Positions 36,697 through 45,138 of a DNA stretch of 50,960 nt are shown piece after piece. The notes under the pieces are model-generated. The model ran no database searches. It was given only the letters and a program-made list of their open reading frames with translations, and had not been told where the DNA came from. How positions within the stretch are numbered: position 1 is the stretch's first letter; each line of letters begins with the position of its first letter. Origin of the DNA: Armatimonadota bacterium (GTDB lineage Bacteria > Armatimonadota > Zipacnadia > Zipacnadales > UBA5352); contig JBKHFA010000001.1 in the NCBI GenBank assembly GCA_046540615.1, positions 1 to 50,960 of the forward strand, in the 5' to 3' direction. The position numbers were made by a program, and so were the translations under genes.

Positions 36697-38496
36697 CTAC
36701 CCCTCCAGCGCCTCCCGCGAATACCACGCGACAAAGCCGTATGCGACGCCACCGGCAAGCAGGCCGACCTCGCCGTCGAGGCGCGCAGGGACCGCCGAGT
36801 AAAGGGGCGGCAGCAGCGCGGTCGGCAGCGCCCGGTCGTCACACTCCGCCGCCACCGACGCGTACCGTCCCCTCCGCGACATGTTCTGAAAGCGGAAGGT
36901 CCCCTGCGTGGTCGGGACGATGAAGTCCACCGCCGCCTCCCACTGCACCGGATACATCGCGTGGGGGCCGAGGAAGCTCGCGTCCCGGCGCAGACCGCTG
37001 TCGCGAGAGATCAGCGTCATCTCGACCGGGACCCCCTTCGAGAACACCGGCAACGCGTTGGTGCGATCGACCGTGTTCTCGAAGTATGCGCAACCGGGCG
37101 GGATCGCCGGGATCATCAGCCCCGGCTCCGCCGCCCGCTCGGGGAAGGGCCGCGCGCCGACGAAGAGATCTACGTCCCCATCGCCGTTGTAATCAAAGGG
37201 CGCGGGCATCGCGATCCCCGTCACCCGCAGGTCAGTCCCGCTCACCTGCAGTGGCCCCATCGGCTGCAGCCCCCGGTCGTTCCGCCACAGCAGTATCCGT
37301 CCGTTGACACCGCCCACCAGCAGGTCGAGGTCGCCGTCGGCATCCCAGTCCACCAGCGCGGGCGCGGCGTAGCGGAGGTCGGCCTTTCCCGGAGCCGTCA
37401 CCGGCCCGTCCGCGCCGGCGATGCGCCGCCCGCGTTCAAAGCGCAGCCCATCACCGGGCACGCGTTCGTAAAGCCGCACCCGTCCGTCCTCGCCGCCCAC
37501 CACGAGATCACTCAGCCCATCGCCGCTCCAGTCGCCGACGGTCGCCACCGCGCATCGCCCCGCGTCGATCGGCGCGTCCGTCTGCTGGATAGCGTCGGCG
37601 GGCGTCAGAGCGTCCCCGTCCCGCCTGAAAAGCGTGACCGTCCCGCCGCGCCAGCCCACGAGCAGGTCGAGGTCGCCGTCGCCATCCTGGTCCGCGGCCC
37701 ACGGCGCGGCCTCGCTGTCCGGCGCATCCGCTGCCGCCAGCAGTTCCTCCGGAGCGCCGAAGACGCCGTCGCCCTCCCCGCGGAAGAGCAGCACGCGCCC
37801 CTCGCCAGTGCCGACCACCAGGTCCGTGAGATCGTCCCCATCCCAGCGCCCCGCCCACGCGCGCGCCGGAGGCGCCACCTGAAGCTGCGCGCCCGCCACA
37901 CGCACCGGATGCGCCTCCGAGCCGATCAGCCGGTGGGCCCTCCCCCGCCCGTCGATCAGAAAGATATCACTGCCGTCCGAGCACGGAGCCAGCGGCCCCG
38001 GCAGATCGACGCTGCTGCCCCGCCCGGCGATCAGACGACCGTCCACCGTGCTCCCGTCCACCACCGCATAGCGGTACACGCGATCGCCGATGCCAAGCAG
38101 CATCTCCAACCCACCCTCGGACCCCATCTCCCCCAGCCACGGCGAGACTTGCGCCCGCCGCGGCGTCTGAGTCAGCCCAGCCCCGCTCTCCGGCAGAAGA
38201 GCCTGCGCGGGCCCGAAGATGTCATCCGCGGAGCGCTCGAAAAGCAGCAGGTCGCCGTAGCCCGAGCCGCAGACGAGATCCTCAACGCCATCGCCGTTCC
38301 AGTCGGCGACGGCCGGGTGCGCGAAATCGCCCGCGGTCAGATTCCCACTCCGCTGCAGCAGCGTCTGCCCGTGCAAAAAGCCCGCGGGCCCGCGCTCGAT
38401 GATCCGCACCAGCGCGGACCCGTGCGCGACCGGGGCGCAGATCGAAGGCAGGCTCAGCGCAAGTGCGATCGTGAGGACCGAAGCGAGGCGGGAGAT
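36697..38496 (-). CDS. FG-GAP/VCBS repeat (integrin-alpha-like beta-propeller) protein, probably secreted
   Basis: Six to seven repeats of the D.(D/N)GDG..D(L/V)(L/V)VG type. The first canonical start is GTG 38409, but the frame stays open to 38496 and encodes a signal peptide (ISRLASVLTIALALSLPSICAPVAHG) behind a GGAGGAG SD. The 38496 end assumes a non-canonical ATC start. Confidence 0.75.
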   Translation of the reverse strand: MSRLASVLTIALALSLPSICAPVAHGSALVRIIERGPAGFLHGQTLLQRSGNLTAGDFAHPAVADWNGDGVEDLVCGSGYGDLLLFERSADDIFGPAQALLPESGAGLTQTPRRAQVSPWLGEMGSEGGLEMLLGIGDRVYRYAVVDGSTVDGRLIAGRGSSVDLPGPLAPCSDGSDIFLIDGRGRAHRLIGSEAHPVRVAGAQLQVAPPARAWAGRWDGDDLTDLVVGTGEGRVLLFRGEGDGVFGAPEELLAAADAPDSEAAPWAADQDGDGDLDLLVGWRGGTVTLFRRDGDALTPADAIQQTDAPIDAGRCAVATVGDWSGDGLSDLVVGGEDGRVRLYERVPGDGLRFERGRRIAGADGPVTAPGKADLRYAAPALVDWDADGDLDLLVGGVNGRILLWRNDRGLQPMGPLQVSGTDLRVTGIAMPAPFDYNGDGDVDLFVGARPFPERAAEPGLMIPAIPPGCAYFENTVDRTNALPVFSKGVPVEMTLISRDSGLRRDASFLGPHAMYPVQWEAAVDFIVPTTQGTFRFQNMSRRGRYASVAAECDDRALPTALLPPLYSAVPARLDGEVGLLAGGVAYGFVAWYSREALEG

Positions 38497-38501
38497 CGTC
38501 G

Positions 38502-39740
38502 TTACTCCTCCATCAGTTCGTCAACGTTCTGCTGAATCTTGAGCATCGCATCCACGATGTCGTCCATCGCCTGCTCGTCGGCAAGGCCGGTCTGCTGAGT
38601 CATCCAGAAGCCGCAGACGTCACAGACGCGCTCACACGCCGGGCAGGAAACGCCCGCGTAGTCACACTCGCCATCGTAGTAAGGCTCGCAGAAGGGGAAC
38701 TCGTCCATGTGTACTGTGTCCGCGAAGATGCCCTCGCGGTAGAGCGGATTGTATCCCTTCGCCGCCCCGATCCCCTCGTGCGCGAGTGCCTCGAGGAAGC
38801 GGTCGCGGTGAAGACCGTCGAAGGCGTCCGGCTCATAGTGGAAAATGTAAAGATGAAACGCCGAGACGTTGCCTTCGGCGGTGAGCTTCTGAAGCTCGAT
38901 CCCATCGACCTCTTCGAGGCGCTCGCGAAGGTATGCCCCGTTCTTCGCGCGCAACTCGAAGTGATCGGGCAGAAGCTCCATCCCCCGGCAGATCAGCGCG
39001 CCCTGAAACTGCGTCATCCGCAGGTTCCAGCCCATCACGCGATGGTCGTACCACTCGCCCTCAGGCACTCGGCCCACGTTGATGATCGACCACATCCGCG
39101 CGTAGATGTCCGGATCGTTGGTCAGCACCATCCCGCCCTCACCGGCCGTCACATTCTTCGAGGACTGGAAGCTGAATGCCCCGACGTCACCGATCGCCCC
39201 GACCTTCCGGCCTCGGTAGATCGCGCCATGCGCCTGCGCGCAATCTTCGATGACCTTCAGATCATGCCTGCGGGCGATCTCCATCACCGGGTCCATGTCC
39301 GCCGGCGACCCGCCGATGTGCACGGCCGTGATTGCCGCCGTGCGCTCGCTGATCGCATCCTCGATCAGCGTCGGATCAAGATTGAACGTGTGCTCGTCAA
39401 TGTCAACGAAGACGGGGACCGCCCCCACCGCGACCACCGACGTCGCCGTCGCGACGAACGTATAAGGCGGGACGATGACCTCGTCGCCGGGCCCGACCCC
39501 GCAGGCGCGCAGCGCAATCTCCAGCGCGGACGTGCCGGAACTGCATGTCGCCGCGTACTCCGCATCGTGATAGTCCGCCATCATCTGCGCGGCCTTCTCC
39601 GTCCACTCGCCACGAGTGCCCCACACGCCCGACTCGATGACCTTCTCGAGGTTCGCGAGAAACCCCGGGTCGTCCGGCGGCCACTCCGGCCAGCCCTCGG
39701 TGCGGGTCGGCTCTCCACCGTTTATTGCCAGCACAGGCAT
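38502..39740 (-). CDS. DegT/DnrJ/EryC1/StrS family PLP-dependent aminotransferase
   Basis: The family pattern is present throughout, including the PLP-lysine motif FSFQSSKNVTAGEGG. GGGAGGA SD precedes ATG 39740. Confidence 0.9.
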   Translation of the reverse strand: MPVLAINGGEPTRTEGWPEWPPDDPGFLANLEKVIESGVWGTRGEWTEKAAQMMADYHDAEYAATCSSGTSALEIALRACGVGPGDEVIVPPYTFVATATSVVAVGAVPVFVDIDEHTFNLDPTLIEDAISERTAAITAVHIGGSPADMDPVMEIARRHDLKVIEDCAQAHGAIYRGRKVGAIGDVGAFSFQSSKNVTAGEGGMVLTNDPDIYARMWSIINVGRVPEGEWYDHRVMGWNLRMTQFQGALICRGMELLPDHFELRAKNGAYLRERLEEVDGIELQKLTAEGNVSAFHLYIFHYEPDAFDGLHRDRFLEALAHEGIGAAKGYNPLYREGIFADTVHMDEFPFCEPYYDGECDYAGVSCPACERVCDVCGFWMTQQTGLADEQAMDDIVDAMLKIQQNVDELMEE

Positions 39741-39856
39741 CGTTGGTATTCCTCCCGACGGCTTTCGTCGCTCGCGTGCCGGTGAGCCCGCACCGGCGTG
39801 TCAGGATTGACGATTCCACGACCTCGAGTCGATTCCCTTCACCGCGAGCGCCGTTT

Positions 39857-39879
39857 GTCGTCCGGAAGTCGGGCCTGCC
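39857..39879 (+). repeat. copy 3 of the 23-nt intergenic motif
   Basis: gtcgtccggaagtcgggcctgcc, preceded by TTT. It opens a nested hairpin: gtcgggc (39868-39874) pairs with gcccgac (39901-39907), enclosing gcgctgg / ccagcgc (39881-39898). Confidence 0.4.
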
Positions 39880-40059
39880 TGCGCTGGCGGGCCAGCGCCC
39901 GCCCGACGCCCACGGCCCGCGGAGGAGGCCCTCCGCACCACGGAACTGTCCCCCACCTGCGGATCGAAGGAGGACAATTCGACGGCGCGGATAACATTGC
40001 TGATGGCAGGGGAGCTTCGTCCCCGGCCCGCAATCACGAAATCACAGGAGGACTCCGCA

Positions 40060-40719
40060 ATGAGAATCGCACAGGTGACCGCGACGGCGCTCGTTCTCGT
40101 CGCGGTCGTGGCTGGAGCGGCCCACGCGCAGAATGACGGCGTTACGATCACATTCACCGACACGAAGACGCTGATCTACCAAGGAACCGGAGATATGCGC
40201 GCGGCGACGCCCGCTGACTGCCCGATCACGGTGGGCAACTTCCGCATCACCAGAGTCCATCTTCCCGCGCAGTCCAACCTCGACGACGTCGGCCTCGTGA
40301 TCCCCTTCCGCGGCGCGCTGAGTGAGCGCATGGTCAACCTCGACCCACGCTGGGGCGGTGCGGAGCCGCTGGCGCTCATCTGCGAGGTCATCGATCCTGA
40401 GCAGCCGATCGGCTTCAGAGCCCGCGCCCACGCAAGGGCGCGGATGTACCACTCCCCCGGATCGTGGCTTGAGATGAACCTCGCCCGCGGCCCGAAGGAC
40501 ACCCGGCCGATCCCCGCGTCCGCGCAGAACAAGCGCTTCAGCGGCGACATGCACCGCTGGTACGCGCTCAGCGACATCAACGAGATCTACCATCGCGCGG
40601 AGAATGCGCCCGTGCCTGAGAACGATCGCTTCGCGATTCTGCTCAGCACCGGCGAACGCGGAAGCTGGTGGATCAAGTCGCTGGAACTGAAGGCGTGGCC
40701 GACGCAGACTGACAGATAG
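40060..40719 (+). CDS. secreted hypothetical protein (219 aa)
   Basis: AGGAGGA SD at 40046-40052. Signal peptide MRIAQVTATALVLVAVVAGAAHA. The track start at 39997 lacks both features. Confidence 0.65.
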   Translation: MRIAQVTATALVLVAVVAGAAHAQNDGVTITFTDTKTLIYQGTGDMRAATPADCPITVGNFRITRVHLPAQSNLDDVGLVIPFRGALSERMVNLDPRWGGAEPLALICEVIDPEQPIGFRARAHARARMYHSPGSWLEMNLARGPKDTRPIPASAQNKRFSGDMHRWYALSDINEIYHRAENAPVPENDRFAILLSTGERGSWWIKSLELKAWPTQTDR

Positions 40720-40813
40720 CCTCACCGACGGGCGCGCCACGTGGCTTTCGGGGCAATACATGCGGGGGAACCTCGATCACTGGTATCCGTGAACGTAAAC
40801 TCACCCGAATCCC

Positions 40814-40841
40814 GAGGGCGCGGCGATGACGCCGCGCCCTC
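40814..40841. terminator. bidirectional hairpin between convergent genes
   Basis: 12-bp perfect stem: GAGGGCGCGGCG (40814-40825) pairs with CGCCGCGCCCTC (40830-40841), with loop ATGA. There is no U-tract on either strand. Confidence 0.5.
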
Positions 40842-40856
40842 CGCATGTACCTGCGC

Positions 40857-41897
40857 TCAGATGAACATCTCGCCCGGCCCGGGCAGTTCGCGCGTCCAGC
40901 CCGGATAGACGCGCTCGATCACATTCCGGCGCAACTCCTCAAGGACGGCCGGCCCTTGCTCGGCCGTGACGAACTCGCAGGCCACCAGCGCGTTGTCCAG
41001 CAGCGGCATCGCCACCCCCGCGGGCAACTCGAGGCGCTCGAAGAGCCAGGAGACCTGCCGTGAGTAGGCGCGCGCGAGGTCGCTCTCGTCAAAAGTCGTC
41101 TGCGGCTGACCGTCCCAGGTGAGGCGATGCAGCGCCGCGGGCGTGAAGCCGCGGAGCAAAAGCTCGACCGTCGGCACGAACTCCACGCCCCACCACGGCA
41201 CCTCAAGCTCCGGCCGCGCCGCGTGCGCCCCGCTGATCGCGTCCATCACCACCCGCGCCGCCGAGCGGGAGTATATCTTGTACCCGGACTGAAAGTCGGG
41301 CGCGCGCCCGTAGCGCGCGGTGAAGCGCTCATCCACGCATCCCCCGGCCGTCACCAGCGCCGCGTTCACTCCGTCGATGGTCAGGCGGTTGAGCAGATGC
41401 TCAAGTTCGCTGCGCGCAAAGCCCATCGGCCGCGCGAGCGACCAGCGCGAGCCCACGGCGAAAAGATCGTCGGTGCCCGCCCTCTCGCGGACCGTCTCGA
41501 AGAGTCCGAAGAGTTGCGGCAGATCCCGAATGTCGTGGTCGCCGTCGGCGTCGCGGATGTTCAGCGCCTCCACCGCGTCGTCCTCAAGCAGGCGCTCGAA
41601 TCCGGTGCAGACCGCACCGCCCTTGCCCGAGTTCTCGGGCTTGACGATCACCTGCGGCTCCGCGCCTGCGCGGTCGGCGAACTCCGCGGCCGCCCGGCGG
41701 GTCGGCTCCTCAGCGCCCGAGCAGCCGTCCACCACCAGCACCAGCCGCGAGGGATCGACGAAAAGCTCAGCGTCGGCGAGCGTCCCGCTGAGGAAGCGGA
41801 AGATCTTCTCCGCCTCCATCTCCTCCGGGAACCAGACCGGAATCATACTGCCGACGGTAGCGCGCATCCGCGGCGCCTGCGCTCCCCCGCCGCTCAT
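40857..41897 (-). CDS. GT-A fold glycosyltransferase-like protein (family-2-like or glucosyl-3-phosphoglycerate-synthase-like)
   Basis: IPVWFPEE at the N-terminus, VLVVDGCSG, ENSGKGGAV, and the DxD-type motif IRDADGDHD. ATG 41897 overlaps the MscS stop (ATGA), with GGAGGGTGAGG upstream. Confidence 0.6.
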   Translation of the reverse strand: MSGGGAQAPRMRATVGSMIPVWFPEEMEAEKIFRFLSGTLADAELFVDPSRLVLVVDGCSGAEEPTRRAAAEFADRAGAEPQVIVKPENSGKGGAVCTGFERLLEDDAVEALNIRDADGDHDIRDLPQLFGLFETVRERAGTDDLFAVGSRWSLARPMGFARSELEHLLNRLTIDGVNAALVTAGGCVDERFTARYGRAPDFQSGYKIYSRSAARVVMDAISGAHAARPELEVPWWGVEFVPTVELLLRGFTPAALHRLTWDGQPQTTFDESDLARAYSRQVSWLFERLELPAGVAMPLLDNALVACEFVTAEQGPAVLEELRRNVIERVYPGWTRELPGPGEMFI

Positions 41898-42934
41898 ACG
41901 ACCTCACCCTCCCGGCCCTCGTCGGCGTGGCGGTACTCCGGCATCCGCGAGAGGTCGAGGTAGACGCGCACGTTACGCTCCTCGCGCAGCGGGATCTCCG
42001 CCGCGGTCAACGCATCGGTGAGGCTCGCCGGGATCTCCTCGTTGACCAGCCAGTCCTGCGTCGGGAAGATGGCGACCGGCAAGCGGATCAGGCCCCCGTC
42101 ATCGCACATGATGCTGACCGGAGGCTCGTAATACACGAGATAGCGCTTGTACTCTTCCTGCAACCGGCTGATGGTCGTCGCGACCACCTCGCTGGCCGCA
42201 TCACACTGATCGGCGTCGGCGAGCGGGATCTCGACGACCTGGTTGACGAAGGGCTCCTCGTAGACGGTGACCTGCGCGATGTTCCCGTTGGGCACGAAGT
42301 GCCGCTGATTGTCGAGGTCCTTGAGGACCGTCACCCGCATGCCGACACTCTCGACCATCCCGAAGTTGGCCCCCACCCGCACGTAGTCGCCGACGGCGTA
42401 CTGACCCTCAAGGAGCACGAAGAAGCCGCTGACGATGTCTCTGACGAGGTTCTGAGCGCCGAAGCCGACGGCCAGACCGAGGATGCCGGCGCCCGCGAGC
42501 AGCGGGCGGATATCCATCCCGGCCGAGGCGAGGACCCAGATGCCGGCGGTGATGAGGATCACCCACCGCACCACCGAGCGGACTAACTCAAGGACCGTGC
42601 CGATCCGCTGCTTGCGACGCCGGGTTGGCTGGACGGCCTGCTCGGTCTCCCGGTCCACCCGCCGGATCGCGCGGGTGAAGAGCGCCATCGCGACGAAGTA
42701 CACGGTGCCGCTGATGAGGATGATGGCGGCGATGTTGATGAGCGCGGCGATGGCGGCGGCGTGGAACTCCGCATCGCCCAGCAGCGCCCACCACAGACCC
42801 GCAGTCTCCGCGACATCCGGCGCCGGTGGCGCCTGCTCACCACCGACCTCCTCCTGCGCGAGCGAGAGGGTGGGCGTGAGCAGCAGCAGAGAGCCGAAGA
42901 TCGTACTCAGCAGCCGTTGACCAGCGCGAATCAC
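41894..42934 (-). CDS. mechanosensitive ion channel family protein (MscS-type)
   Basis: Signal/TM region, then GAQNLVRDIVSGFFVLLEGQYAVGDYVRVGANFGMVESVGMRVTVLKDLDNQRHFVPNG, which is the hallmark TM3 / beta-domain region. Confidence 0.9.
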   Translation of the reverse strand: MIRAGQRLLSTIFGSLLLLTPTLSLAQEEVGGEQAPPAPDVAETAGLWWALLGDAEFHAAAIAALINIAAIILISGTVYFVAMALFTRAIRRVDRETEQAVQPTRRRKQRIGTVLELVRSVVRWVILITAGIWVLASAGMDIRPLLAGAGILGLAVGFGAQNLVRDIVSGFFVLLEGQYAVGDYVRVGANFGMVESVGMRVTVLKDLDNQRHFVPNGNIAQVTVYEEPFVNQVVEIPLADADQCDAASEVVATTISRLQEEYKRYLVYYEPPVSIMCDDGGLIRLPVAIFPTQDWLVNEEIPASLTDALTAAEIPLREERNVRVYLDLSRMPEYRHADEGREGEVV

Positions 42935-43053
42935 GACGATCGCCTCCAGGGCCGGTGAGGCTGACGCTTGCGCGCGTATTCCTCAGGAGGTTTCGTCACG
43001 GCCTGCGTCAGACCTTTGCCACGGCGACACGTCACGAACATCCCGCGACAGCT

Positions 43054-43082
43054 TTGACCGAAGCGGTGGCCGAGGGTATACT
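43054..43082 (+). promoter_or_regulatory. sigma-70-like promoter for the neuA/neuB-like genes
   Basis: TTGACC (43054-43059), a 17-nt spacer, then TATACT (43077-43082). ATG 43151 lies about 62 nt downstream, with a GGAGAG SD. Confidence 0.6.
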
Positions 43083-43150
43083 GCGCACGAAGCGCCTTAC
43101 ACTCGTGGCGACCGGCACCGGAAAACAAGCAGTACACCCGGAGAGTTTGC

Positions 43151-43834
43151 ATGTACACAATCGCAGTGATCCCGGCGCGAGGCGGCAGCAAGGCGGTTCC
43201 GCTCAAGAACATCCGCGAAGTCGCCGGCAAGCCGCTGGTGGCGTGGGTGATTGAGGCGTGCCTGGAGGCGGAGAGCGTGGACCGCACGATCGTCTCCACG
43301 GACCACGAGGGCATCGCCGACGTGTCCCGTGAGTGCGGGGCGGAGGTGCCCTTCATGCGCCCGGATGAGCTTGCGGGCGACAGGGTCACCCTCGACCCGG
43401 TCATCTACCACGCAGTGACGACGATCGAGGAAGATGAGAACCGGGAGGTAGACGTGGTGCTCACCGTGCAGCCCACCTGCCCGCTGCTGCGACCGGAGAC
43501 GATCGATCGCTCGGTGGAGACGCTCATGGACGGCGACTTCGACTCGGTCATCATGCTCCAGGAGATCCGGCACATGTACTGGCGGCGCGTCAACGGCAGG
43601 TTCGAGCCGATGTACGAAAAGCGCGTGAACCGCCAGGAGTTGGAGCCGCTTTACCCCGAGACCGGCGCGGTCTTCGCCAGTCGCCGCTCGATCATCACCC
43701 CGGACGATCGGTTCGGCGAGAACATCGGCCACGTCATCGGCTCTGACGAAGAGGCGATCGACATCGACACGGACATCGATCTGAAGCTGGCAGAGTTGGT
43801 CATTGAAAAGGCGCGCCGGGAGGGTCGGCTTTGA
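43151..43834 (+). CDS. neuA: acylneuraminate (nonulosonic acid) cytidylyltransferase, NeuA/PseF/LegF family
   Basis: MYTIAVIPARGGSKAVPLKNIREVAGKPL, STD, FMRPDELAGD and QPTCPL. Which nonulosonic acid it acts on cannot be told from the sequence. Confidence 0.85.
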   Translation: MYTIAVIPARGGSKAVPLKNIREVAGKPLVAWVIEACLEAESVDRTIVSTDHEGIADVSRECGAEVPFMRPDELAGDRVTLDPVIYHAVTTIEEDENREVDVVLTVQPTCPLLRPETIDRSVETLMDGDFDSVIMLQEIRHMYWRRVNGRFEPMYEKRVNRQELEPLYPETGAVFASRRSIITPDDRFGENIGHVIGSDEEAIDIDTDIDLKLAELVIEKARREGRL

Positions 43835-44904
43835 GAACGCTGCAAATCGGTGACCGCGCCGTTGGAGACGGAGCGCCGGCGTATGTCATCGCGGAGGCGG
43901 GCGTCAATCACGAGTGTGACATGGATGTCGCGCTGCGGATGATCGACGAGGCGGCCGCCGCGGGCGCCGATGCGATCAAGTTTCAGACCTACCGCGCGGA
44001 GACGCTCACTACCCGCTGGGCGCCCCGCTACTGGGAGCACCCTGAGGAGTCAGGAACGCAGTACGCCATCTATCAGAACGCCGACGACTTCTGGCGCGAC
44101 GACTACGAGAGACTCTTCGCCCGGGCCGACGAGGTCGGGATCGAGTGGCTGACGACGCCCTTCGACCTTGAGGCGGTGGGGTGGCTCGGGGAGATGGGCA
44201 TGGCCGCGTGGAAGATCGCCTCCGCCGATCTCACCAACTGGCCGCTGATCCGCGCTGCGGCCCGACACGGCAACCCGATGATACTCTCCACCGGAGGAGC
44301 GACGCTCGACGAGGTGCGTGGAGCCGTGAACGTGGTCCGCCAGGCGGGCAACGATCAGATCGTCCTGCTCCACTGCGTGCTGGCCTACCCCACCCGCGAC
44401 GAGGACATGAACCTGCTGCGTATCCCGAGGCTGCAGCGCGAGTTCCCCGACGCCGTCATCGGCCTGTCCTCTCACAGTGTCCCCGACGAGTGTGTGACAG
44501 TGCCCACGGCCGCCGTCGCCCTCGGCGCGAAGGTGGTGGAGAATCACTTCACGCTCGACACCTCCCGTCCCGGAGAGGACCACTACCTGTCGGTCGATCC
44601 GACGATGTTGAGGATGCTGGTGGAGAACATCCGCGTGGTCGAGACGGCGCTTGGCAGCGAGGAGATCACCGTCCTGCCCTGCGAGCAGCCGGCCCGCAAG
44701 TACGCCCGGCGCAGCATCGTGGCGGCGGTGGACATCCCCGCCGGGATCGTCATCACACGCGACCACCTGATCATGAAGCGGCCCGGCACCGGCGTGCCCC
44801 CGACCGAGCTTGCGCGGATGCTCGGCAGGACGACGCTGCGGGCGATCGAGGAGGACCAGCTTGTCACCTGGGACGACGTGGAGGGCGACGCTCCAGGGGA
44901 GTGA
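43831..44904 (+). CDS. neuB: N-acetylneuraminate / pseudaminate / legionaminate synthase family (NeuB-like) with a C-terminal SAF domain
   Basis: YVIAEAGVNHECDMDVALRMIDEAAAAGADAIKFQTY and WKIASAD. The TTG start overlaps the neuA stop (cTTGA). Confidence 0.85.
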   Translation: MRTLQIGDRAVGDGAPAYVIAEAGVNHECDMDVALRMIDEAAAAGADAIKFQTYRAETLTTRWAPRYWEHPEESGTQYAIYQNADDFWRDDYERLFARADEVGIEWLTTPFDLEAVGWLGEMGMAAWKIASADLTNWPLIRAAARHGNPMILSTGGATLDEVRGAVNVVRQAGNDQIVLLHCVLAYPTRDEDMNLLRIPRLQREFPDAVIGLSSHSVPDECVTVPTAAVALGAKVVENHFTLDTSRPGEDHYLSVDPTMLRMLVENIRVVETALGSEEITVLPCEQPARKYARRSIVAAVDIPAGIVITRDHLIMKRPGTGVPPTELARMLGRTTLRAIEEDQLVTWDDVEGDAPGE

Positions 44905-44935
44905 GGGTGCGAGCGCGAATCATGTGAGGCGTGAT

Positions 44936-44965
44936 CGGGGCGACCGCGATGCGGCGGTCGCCCCG
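44936..44965 (+). terminator. hairpin after the neuB-like gene (no U-tract)
   Basis: 12-bp perfect stem: CGGGGCGACCGC (44936-44947) pairs with GCGGTCGCCCCG (44954-44965), with a 6-nt loop. It starts 32 nt past the stop. Confidence 0.5.
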
Positions 44966-45138
44966 AGTGCGTGTACGGCAGACGACAGCCTCTCCCCCGG
45001 CCCCCTCTCCCTGGCTTCATAGACGGCATGAAGCAAGCGGAAGAGGGGGAGAACGACGTTAAAAGCGGCGCAGTCCAGTTAACTCACAGGGAGGACCCGG
45101 CACTCTCGACGGCCAACCATCCGCCTGGAGGTGCAACG

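Noticed and set aside
36121-38535. 804-aa ORF on the plus strand
   Set aside because: It runs antisense across the beta-helix 5' end, the whole FG-GAP gene and the DegT 3' end. Its composition is dominated by Arg, Pro and His. The minus-strand genes have strong repeat and motif support.
38502-39740. Cys-rich C-terminal tail of the DegT aminotransferase (CEPYYDGECDYAGVSCPACERVCDVCG) as a possible extra metal-binding domain
   Set aside because: The tail aligns in position with the ordinary C-terminal small domain of the family (the loop before the final helix). The length (412 aa) is only slightly above typical. There is not enough evidence for a separate domain.
39857-39879. Resemblance of GGAAGTCGGGCCTGCC to the cobalamin-riboswitch B12 box (AGYCMGGAGACCKGCC)
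   Set aside because: The match requires a 3-nt deletion in the box. The obligatory upstream GCCACTG and GGGAAGG-type elements are absent in all three copies.
39986-39994. DnaA-box-like CGCGGATAA
   Set aside because: It is a single 7/9 match with no cluster of boxes, no AT-rich unwinding element and no dnaA/dnaN nearby. This is not an origin.
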